This document shows positions 53,832 to 61,696 of a stretch of 64,000 nt of DNA, piece by piece (position 1 is the stretch's first letter; each line of letters begins with the position of its first letter). Position numbers and translations under genes: made by a program. The stretch is from Bacteroidales bacterium (lineage in GTDB: Bacteria > Bacteroidota > Bacteroidia > Bacteroidales > UBA932), in contig JASDTB010000056.1 in assembly GCA_041441455.1 (NCBI GenBank), forward strand, positions 2,767 to 66,766, read 5' to 3'. The notes beneath the pieces were generated by a model. That model did no database searches. It was not told where the DNA came from and saw only the letters and a program-made list of their open reading frames with translations.

Positions 53832-56693
53832 ATGATGAAACCCAAACTAAAAGAACTTGCCGAAAGAGGAAAATTCTCTTTTTTGGTGGCTTTGGCAATT
53901 ACTGCGATGCTTGTTCTTGGAACAACTGCAAACGCGCAGGTAGGAGCTGGAGGAAACTACTCTACACTTAAAGGGGTTGTGACCGAGAAGGGGACAAAAG
54001 CTGTCCCTGTTGAATTTGCGGCTGTAATTGTGAACCCTCAGGGGTCAGCCGGTATGACTGATAAGAATGGCGAATTTAATTTAACAAAACTCTCCCCAGG
54101 AAAGGTTAAAGTTAGATTCCAGTTTTTGGGAATGGAGAATCTCGACACTACAGTTGTTCTTTATGCCGGGAAAACTACAGTTCTCAATGTTGAGATGGAA
54201 TATAGCTCATTCCGTCTTAAAGAGGTTGCCGTTGTAGCTCAAGAGAGTAAAGCGGGTCAAGCTACTGCTTCAAATATATCCAGACAAGCGATGGACCACT
54301 TACAAACAAGTTCGCTTTCTGACATCATGCAATTATTGCCTGGTGGAGTAACTGCTAACCCTAACTTGTCAACAGCAAAGACGATTAGTATCCGTAATTT
54401 GGGTGGCACAGCTAATGAGATGAATAGTCTTGGAACATCTATCATCGTAGATGGAGCTCCAATTTCGAATAATGCTAATATGCAAGCGCTCTCGCCAACA
54501 ATTTCAGGAGGAGCTTCTGCAGTGGGTGGTGGAGCATCTCCTTCATCTGGTATTGACTTAAGAACAATCTCTACCGATAATATCGAATCTGTTGAGGTAA
54601 TCAGAGGTATTGCATCTGTTGAATACGGAGATATGACCTCAGGAGCTGTTTTAATCAGATCAAAAGCTGGGCGTGAGCCATTAACAATAAGATTTAAAAC
54701 TGACCCAAATACATATCAGATTTCAGTTAGTAAAGGTATGCACCTTGGAGGAAAAGCTGGAAATTTGAACATCAGTGGAGACTATGCTTATAGCGTTTCA
54801 AAACCTACAGAGTCTTATGCATATTATCAAAGAGCTACTGCCAAAGTTCTATATTCAAATGTCTTTGGTAAACTAGCTTCTAACACATCATTTGATTTTG
54901 TACTTGGTAAAGATACTCGTGAAAAGAATCCAGATGATGTTCGTTCTCAATTAGCAACTGGAGCTAAGGATATTACACTTAGATTTAATACAAATGGAAC
55001 TTGGAATGTTAACTATGGTTGGTTGAATAATGTAAAATATACATTGTCCGGATCATACGCAAATAAACACTCTTTCCAAGAGGAACTATTAGGCAACGCA
55101 TTTGCAGCCTACTCTATGTCTGCAACTGATGGAGCTATATTGAGCAACAGACCTTACCAAAGAGTATATGATATTAATGGAGTTGAACTTACAAATATCC
55201 CTTCGAATGAAACCTCTTATTACGCGACTTATCTTCCTAATGAATATTTTAGCCGTTATGATATCTATGGAAAAGAGGTAAATATTTTCGCAAACGTTAA
55301 AGCCAACTTAACAAAAACAATTGGTGGGGTTTTCAATAAAATTATTATTGGTGCTGATTTTAAGAGTGATGGAAATCTTGGTGATGGTAAAGTCTATGAT
55401 TTAAAGAGACCTCCATATAGAAATGTTTCAAGTGAAAACTCTTCACCTCGTCCAAGGAAATTTTCTGACATCCCTTTTGTAAACCAACTGTCTCTTTATG
55501 CAGAGGAGAACCTGCTCTATTCTTTTGGAGAGAGAGAGCTTAGTCTGCAAGTCGGAGGTCGCTATGACGTGGTTGCAGACAAATCTGCTTTGACCTATCG
55601 TCTTAATGGATCATTTGATCTTATCCCTAGATATTTAACACTAAGAGCAGGACACGGTTTGCTTGCAAAAGCTCCAACAGCTTTGTACTTGTATCCAGAA
55701 AATGCATATTTTGATTTTGTTCACTACAATACCTTAGGTAGTTCTACAATTCCTGAGTCGGAGCAACTGTTATTAGCCTCAACAAGAATTTTCAATACCG
55801 AAAACAAAGATCTAGAAATGGCTATTAATACTAAGTCAGAAGTTGGGTTCGATTTTAAGATCAAAAAGATGCGCTTCTCTTTTACGGGTTTTTATGATAG
55901 GATGAATAATGGCTATAATCTTGGATCTGATTTCTCTACATTCAAACTAATTGAATATACTCAATACAAAGCAGGAATCACACAACCAGGGCATACTCCA
56001 AAACTCGATTTCAAGAGCAAAAACAACATCTTCGTAAATTTTGCAAAGCCAATGAATAATATTGAGTCTGTTAACAAGGGAGTTGAAATGGAAATCGACT
56101 TAGGTAGATTCGAAGAACTTCGTACCTCTTTCTTTATAAATGGTGCATATACTCGTTCAAGTTCATGGAATAATGGTCACTCTTTCAGCTCTAAGAAAAA
56201 CTTAAATAGTCTAGAAAAGAACATTGGCGTTTATGAAAAAGCTGTAAGCAAAGAGGAAGACGAGCGTTTAACTACAACTTTCAGAGCTACCCACAATATC
56301 CCTTCAATCGGATTTGTTCTAACACTATCTGCTGAAGTTAAATGGATTAATAAATATTGGTCAACATATGGAAACGACACAATGTTTGTCTCTTATATCT
56401 CAAGAGAGAATGGACAAGTGCTTCCGTTTGATCCTTCGAAAAAGGACGATCCAGAATTTTCGTACATGTTCGATAGCAAAAATCCTAGGCGATATATTGT
56501 GGAGTCTGTATTCCCTGCAGTAATCTTTAACTTCCACTTGTCAAAAGAGATTGGTAAAAATATGAGGGCCTCCTTCTATGCAAATAATATGTTCAACTGT
56601 AGACCTTTATACGAAAACAAAATGAGTCCTGGCTCTTTTACTCGTTTAAATATTCCAATGTACTTTGGGTTTGAACTATCTGTGAAGCTGTAA
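53832..56693 (+). CDS. TonB-dependent receptor, triad copy 2
   Basis: Signal peptide, CarboxypepD_reg-like domain, and plug STDNIESVEVIRGIASVEYGDMTSGAV nearly identical in wording to copy 1; 953 aa. Confidence 0.85.
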   Translation: MMKPKLKELAERGKFSFLVALAITAMLVLGTTANAQVGAGGNYSTLKGVVTEKGTKAVPVEFAAVIVNPQGSAGMTDKNGEFNLTKLSPGKVKVRFQFLGMENLDTTVVLYAGKTTVLNVEMEYSSFRLKEVAVVAQESKAGQATASNISRQAMDHLQTSSLSDIMQLLPGGVTANPNLSTAKTISIRNLGGTANEMNSLGTSIIVDGAPISNNANMQALSPTISGGASAVGGGASPSSGIDLRTISTDNIESVEVIRGIASVEYGDMTSGAVLIRSKAGREPLTIRFKTDPNTYQISVSKGMHLGGKAGNLNISGDYAYSVSKPTESYAYYQRATAKVLYSNVFGKLASNTSFDFVLGKDTREKNPDDVRSQLATGAKDITLRFNTNGTWNVNYGWLNNVKYTLSGSYANKHSFQEELLGNAFAAYSMSATDGAILSNRPYQRVYDINGVELTNIPSNETSYYATYLPNEYFSRYDIYGKEVNIFANVKANLTKTIGGVFNKIIIGADFKSDGNLGDGKVYDLKRPPYRNVSSENSSPRPRKFSDIPFVNQLSLYAEENLLYSFGERELSLQVGGRYDVVADKSALTYRLNGSFDLIPRYLTLRAGHGLLAKAPTALYLYPENAYFDFVHYNTLGSSTIPESEQLLLASTRIFNTENKDLEMAINTKSEVGFDFKIKKMRFSFTGFYDRMNNGYNLGSDFSTFKLIEYTQYKAGITQPGHTPKLDFKSKNNIFVNFAKPMNNIESVNKGVEMEIDLGRFEELRTSFFINGAYTRSSSWNNGHSFSSKKNLNSLEKNIGVYEKAVSKEEDERLTTTFRATHNIPSIGFVLTLSAEVKWINKYWSTYGNDTMFVSYISRENGQVLPFDPSKKDDPEFSYMFDSKNPRRYIVESVFPAVIFNFHLSKEIGKNMRASFYANNMFNCRPLYENKMSPGSFTRLNIPMYFGFELSVKL

Positions 56694-56705
56694 ATTGGAT
56701 AAAAC

Positions 56706-57935
56706 ATGAAAAAAGTTAGAAACATGAAAAGAATAATACAAAATATAATAGCAGTGGTAGTAGCTTCGATTGCTTTTATCTCTTGCCAGCAATTCAAAGA
56801 CGCAGTGAATGTCTCCGATGTCAAGGAGCTTAATGCTGTAGTTAAGGTAACTCTTAATCTAGGCAACGCACCGATGCCCGATGTTTTGAATGTAAAGTTG
56901 ATTAATTATGCAGAGAAGTATGAGATTACCAAAACAATGGATCCAAATGGAACTGTGACAATTGATAAAATTATCCCAGGTATTTATACAATTACCATTA
57001 CTTCCGAAAAGAATAAAGATGGATTTACGTATAATTACAGCGGAAATCTTGTAAATAAGGAGATTATCTCGACAGGAGGTGAGCTTAATGTGACAGTTGG
57101 CTCTTCAAAGTCAGGTGCTCTTGTGATGAAAGAGATTTTCTATTGTGGTTCAAAAACCCCTACAGGCGGTTCTTACTTCAGAGACCAGTTCTATGAAATC
57201 TATAACAATAGCGAAACTCCACAAAATGTCAAAGGTCTAGCAATTGCGATTCTTAATCCAAATACAGCCACAGCTAACCTTCCTGTATGGCCAGGTGAAG
57301 ATGCTGCAAATTATGTTTATGCAACAACTATATGGCAGGTTCCATCTGATAAAGATTATATAATCCAACCAGGTGAATCTATCATTATCGCTCAAATGGC
57401 AGACAATCATCAAAAGAGCAACCTCAATCCTACATCTCCAGTTAATCTTTTAAGTGCAGAATTTGAAACCTATATAAATACAACATCAATTATAAGTGAT
57501 AATCCTGCAATCAATATGTTTATGGCTTTCTGGCCATCTCCAACACCGCAATGGCTGACAACAGTATTTGGAGGAGCCTTTGTAATCTATTTTCCATCTA
57601 CTCCTATAAATCCTGTTGATTATATTTCTCCAATTGGTTCTACATCTAAAAACTATAAAATCAAAATTGATGATGTAGTTGATGCAGTAGAACTTGTAGG
57701 TAATCCAAATCAAGTTCAGCTAAAGAGAGTTCCTGCGGTCTTAGATGCAGGTGCGACAACAGTGGGAGCTACATATGTTAGTAAAAGCGTAGCACGTAAG
57801 GTTAAAGAGACAAAACAAGATGGAAGAGTCATCTATTACGACACTAATAATAGCTCAGAAGACTTTGCCGTGATGGATGTCCCAATGATTAGAAGAAATG
57901 GTGCTAAAGCGCCTGTATGGAATACATGGAAATAA
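56706..57935 (+). CDS. DUF4876-like lipoprotein, triad copy 2
   Basis: Lipobox AFISC. Shares VMKEIFYCGS...DQFYEIYNNSET...DTNNSSEDF with 28905-30143. Confidence 0.6.
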   Translation: MKKVRNMKRIIQNIIAVVVASIAFISCQQFKDAVNVSDVKELNAVVKVTLNLGNAPMPDVLNVKLINYAEKYEITKTMDPNGTVTIDKIIPGIYTITITSEKNKDGFTYNYSGNLVNKEIISTGGELNVTVGSSKSGALVMKEIFYCGSKTPTGGSYFRDQFYEIYNNSETPQNVKGLAIAILNPNTATANLPVWPGEDAANYVYATTIWQVPSDKDYIIQPGESIIIAQMADNHQKSNLNPTSPVNLLSAEFETYINTTSIISDNPAINMFMAFWPSPTPQWLTTVFGGAFVIYFPSTPINPVDYISPIGSTSKNYKIKIDDVVDAVELVGNPNQVQLKRVPAVLDAGATTVGATYVSKSVARKVKETKQDGRVIYYDTNNSSEDFAVMDVPMIRRNGAKAPVWNTWK

Positions 57936-57956
57936 TTTAAACTTAATTGAAAAACA

Positions 57957-59516
57957 ATGAGAAAATTGAAAATTATATACAGGTCGGGAGCATTATTGGC
58001 GGCAATTATCTTTATGCAGCCGCTGTTTGCGCAAACCATTCAGACCAATCCTGCAACTATTGAACTGCAAAAAGCAAAAAGTTTGTGGTTCAACACTAAC
58101 AATGGAGCAGGACTTGTACTGGATCAAATGAAGGACTTTACTATTGTGAACCTTGGCTACACTACCAAAACAGGTGACTTTAAACTTCGCCAACAAGGAA
58201 CCAGAGAGGGAGACATTAATGTTGGAGCAGAAGGCGGTCTTGCCTTAGGTGGTGGATATGTATGGGGTAAAATCTCTTACGACAATATTTTACAAAAGAA
58301 TACACAATACAATACAACTATGCTCGACCCAGATAGGGGAATGCCATATTATGTAGCCGATCCGGTGATAAGCGACTGGGTTAAACAGAGCTATCAACTT
58401 TCGATGAAGGCTGCTACTCCTAAATTATGGAATCTTCTCTATTTAGGTATTGAAGCCGATTATCAGACAAAGACTGGTGCCAAGCAGATGGACCCTCGCT
58501 CCAAAACTGATTATTACAGTATTGACGTTCGCCCTTCGGTATTATTTAATCTAAAAGAGCACTCAATTGGATTAAATTTCGAATATCAAAACAATAATCA
58601 AGAATCAGCACCTACACTAAGTAATAGCCAGCAAGAACAGATTGTCTATCTTTTGAAAGGAGTTGGAAATTACTCGTCTGGTGTTGTTGGAGGTTTACAA
58701 GGGATTAGCTCTTATGTATATTCAGGAAACAAATTGGGTGGCGGTGTTCAATACTCTTATACGATTAATGAATACAAAGCCCTTCTCTCTGGAAACTATT
58801 CATATAGAGTTGAAGATGTTATTACTGCACCAAGTAAACCTAAAAAGGTAGGAACTATCAAGGATGCATTCTATGGAGGCAATCTTCAGTTAGTAAAAGC
58901 TGGAAAAGATATGCACAAACTGGAAATTGGATATAAAGAAAACAAACTTAGCGGCATTGAATATGTTCAAGTTCTTGATAATACCTATGAGGTTCAACAG
59001 TGGATTACCGTTCATAGTAGCGTAAGATCAAAGTTTACTTACAAAGAAGCTTATGGAAAATATGATTTCTTCAGAGGTGCAGATACCGAGTACAATTGGA
59101 GAGTAGGAGTAGATGGGTCATACAATTCATCAACAGATATTTATCTTCTACCTCACTCAAGTATGCATGTGAAAAACTTTTGTGCAGGTCTAAACTTCAA
59201 GTATAATATTCCAGTTGATAAATCTACTAGAATCCTTGCTGGAGTTAATGGAATGTTCAATAAAAACATCGAAGCATCTTATAATTACAATGGTGCCGAT
59301 CCAATGTCTCTTGTGGTAACCGACTTTATGACTCCCGATTTCCTATATAGAGCTCAGGATTATTATAAAGCAGGTGCAGAAGCTACTATGTTTTTCAACA
59401 TTAGCAAAGCAAATACCTCAGGTATGTTTGTAAAAGTTGCGTGTGATTATTACAAGCCAAAAGAGGGCGATGGTAATAGAGTAGTTGCCAACTTTGGCCT
59501 TGGTTTTACATTCTAG
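57957..59516 (+). CDS. Second outer-membrane beta-barrel protein (DUF6850-like), triad copy 2
   Basis: Signal peptide. NNGAGLVLDQMKDFTIV aligns with copy 1 ENGAGLVFNKVKDFSTV. C-terminal FGLGFTF. Confidence 0.6.
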   Translation: MRKLKIIYRSGALLAAIIFMQPLFAQTIQTNPATIELQKAKSLWFNTNNGAGLVLDQMKDFTIVNLGYTTKTGDFKLRQQGTREGDINVGAEGGLALGGGYVWGKISYDNILQKNTQYNTTMLDPDRGMPYYVADPVISDWVKQSYQLSMKAATPKLWNLLYLGIEADYQTKTGAKQMDPRSKTDYYSIDVRPSVLFNLKEHSIGLNFEYQNNNQESAPTLSNSQQEQIVYLLKGVGNYSSGVVGGLQGISSYVYSGNKLGGGVQYSYTINEYKALLSGNYSYRVEDVITAPSKPKKVGTIKDAFYGGNLQLVKAGKDMHKLEIGYKENKLSGIEYVQVLDNTYEVQQWITVHSSVRSKFTYKEAYGKYDFFRGADTEYNWRVGVDGSYNSSTDIYLLPHSSMHVKNFCAGLNFKYNIPVDKSTRILAGVNGMFNKNIEASYNYNGADPMSLVVTDFMTPDFLYRAQDYYKAGAEATMFFNISKANTSGMFVKVACDYYKPKEGDGNRVVANFGLGFTF

Positions 59517-59526
59517 AAAAAACGAA

Positions 59527-61692
59527 ATGGTTAAAAAAGCTCTTATATTCATAGTTGCAATCGGAGTATACCTCTCTGCCAGTGCTCAGAAGGCAGAGAG
59601 GAGCTCCTTCGCCGTTGTAGTCGATAATGAAACATACGCGGCATGCAAGAATGAGATAGATTCATACAAAGCCCTCCTCCAAAAAGAGGGCTTGTTTGCA
59701 TCTATACTCAGTTCTAATTGGAACACACCTCAACAGGTAAAGGATGCCCTATACAAGTTGTATAAAACAGACAACCTCCAGGGAGCAATTTTCATAGGAA
59801 ATATCCCTATTGTAATGGTCAGAGATGCCCAACATCTCACTACAGCATTTAAAATGGATCAAGAGAGGAATCCAATGTTCCAATCTTCTGTTCCGTCTGA
59901 TCGTTTTTATGATGATTTCGACCTCCTTTTTAATTATATCAAAAAGGATTCAATCAATTCTCTTTTCTTCTACTACTCTTTAGATGCAAATTCACCTCAG
60001 AAAATTGAGAGCGATATTTACACAGGTAGACTTAAGCCAACAAAGAGAGGTGAAGCTGGGTACGATCAGATTCGTAAGTACTTCAAAAAATTGATTCAGG
60101 AGAGAAGCACTTCAAATAAATTAGATGTGTTATGCTCATACACTGGAGAAGGCTCTTTTTCTAACAGTCTGACTGCATGGAAAGAGGAGCCTGTAATCCT
60201 TAGAGAGCAGTTCCCACAAGCATTCAAAACTGCCAATTCTGCAAAGTTTTATATGTTCTACATGTACCCTGTTATGAAAGATGTCATAGCGAAAGAACTT
60301 CAACGTCAAGAGCTAGATCTGATGTTATTTCACGAACATGGTATGCCAAATAGACAATATCTTACAGGAGAGCCTGCTGAGAGTGAAAATTTAGTAGAAT
60401 CTGCAAAACTTGCCTTTAGAGAGAGACTACGTCGCGAATCTGGGAATCCTGCTAAAGTGAAGATGTTGAAAGAGAAGTATATGTCGACATTTAAAATTGA
60501 CTCTACTTGGTTCAATGGCGCATTCGATAGAGAGATAATCATTAAAGACTCATTAGAGGAGCTTAGAAGAGGTATTGTTCTCGAAGATGTTCCTGTAATT
60601 AAGCCAAATGCCAGAATAGTCCTATTTGATGCATGTTATAATGGTGACTTTAGAGAAGATCGTTATATTGCTGGAGAGTACATTTTTTCAGATGGGAAGA
60701 CTCTAGTGACATTAGGTAATTCAGTGAATGTTCTGCAAGACAAATCATCTGGAGATATGTTAGGCTTGCTTGGTTTAGGATTTAGAGTAGGAGAGTGGGC
60801 AAGAATGACAAATATTCTTGAGTCTCACATAATTGGTGATCCTACCTTTAGATTTACTGATAACAAAAGAGCTCAAATAGACTTTAACTCAACAAAAGCT
60901 GATTACTGGCTCAAAGTTCTTAGTGCAGAAAAACATCCCGATCTACAATCACTTGCCCTCCATAAGTTATTCAGTCTAAACTACAAAGAGATGTCGTCTT
61001 TACTCACAAAGACATATTTTAGCTCTAGATCATATATGGTTAGACTGCAATGTATCCATCTCCTCCCTTTTTACAACGACAATAATTTTAAAGAGGTTTT
61101 AAAGAGCTCGATCTATGATCCATATGAGTTCATCCGTCGAAAAAGCGTCTACGCAATGGGAAGAGTTGGTTACGACGAATTTATTCCAAGTGTAGTATCA
61201 GTTTACATCAATGACTATCTCGACGAACGTGTAGCCTTTAATGCAGTATTTGCTTTTGATATGTTGGATATACCAAAGGTGAAGGCTGAGTTTGAAAAAC
61301 AGTTGTCGCAAAATAGCGCAATTTATGATAAGGCGAGAGCAAAAGATCAATTCTTTAAAAGGATAGAGAGCCGAGAGCGATTAGCTGCGGGAAGTCTTAA
61401 TCTGACTGATAAAAAGATGAAAAAGGGTGAACGCCTATTTTCGGTTAGCTTCTTAAGAAACAACAATTATCATACACCTGTGGAGAGATATTTAGCCACT
61501 CTTGCCGACAAGTCCGAAGATTCTTTAATAAGGTTGAGACTTGCTGAGGCTTTAGGCTGGTATACATACTCCTATAAAAAGCAAATAATCATTGATTCGT
61601 GCAAAAAAATTGCAAGTGAAGAGCCAGATGGTTCTGCATTGAAAAACGAACTGATTAAAACTGCAAACAGATTACAAACCTATATGAGATAG
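59527..61692 (+). CDS. Secreted gingipain (C25)-like domain + HEAT-repeat protein, paralog B
   Basis: Start at MVKKALIFIVAIGVYLSASAQ (ATG 59527). Motifs FIGNIPIV, VPSDRFYDDFDL, FHEHG, FDACYNGDF (Cys codon 60634-60636), IIGDPTF. C-terminal HEAT-like repeats. Confidence 0.6.
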   Translation: MVKKALIFIVAIGVYLSASAQKAERSSFAVVVDNETYAACKNEIDSYKALLQKEGLFASILSSNWNTPQQVKDALYKLYKTDNLQGAIFIGNIPIVMVRDAQHLTTAFKMDQERNPMFQSSVPSDRFYDDFDLLFNYIKKDSINSLFFYYSLDANSPQKIESDIYTGRLKPTKRGEAGYDQIRKYFKKLIQERSTSNKLDVLCSYTGEGSFSNSLTAWKEEPVILREQFPQAFKTANSAKFYMFYMYPVMKDVIAKELQRQELDLMLFHEHGMPNRQYLTGEPAESENLVESAKLAFRERLRRESGNPAKVKMLKEKYMSTFKIDSTWFNGAFDREIIIKDSLEELRRGIVLEDVPVIKPNARIVLFDACYNGDFREDRYIAGEYIFSDGKTLVTLGNSVNVLQDKSSGDMLGLLGLGFRVGEWARMTNILESHIIGDPTFRFTDNKRAQIDFNSTKADYWLKVLSAEKHPDLQSLALHKLFSLNYKEMSSLLTKTYFSSRSYMVRLQCIHLLPFYNDNNFKEVLKSSIYDPYEFIRRKSVYAMGRVGYDEFIPSVVSVYINDYLDERVAFNAVFAFDMLDIPKVKAEFEKQLSQNSAIYDKARAKDQFFKRIESRERLAAGSLNLTDKKMKKGERLFSVSFLRNNNYHTPVERYLATLADKSEDSLIRLRLAEALGWYTYSYKKQIIIDSCKKIASEEPDGSALKNELIKTANRLQTYMR

Positions 61693-61696
61693 TGCA

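Noticed and set aside
59485-59526. An upstream extension of the paralog B ORF (MPTLALVLHSRKNE) overlaps the end of the barrel gene.
   Set aside because: The extension has no signal-peptide character, whereas the Met at 59527 starts a typical leader (MVKKALIFIVAIGVYLSASAQ). The overlap is therefore most likely an ORF-calling artefact.
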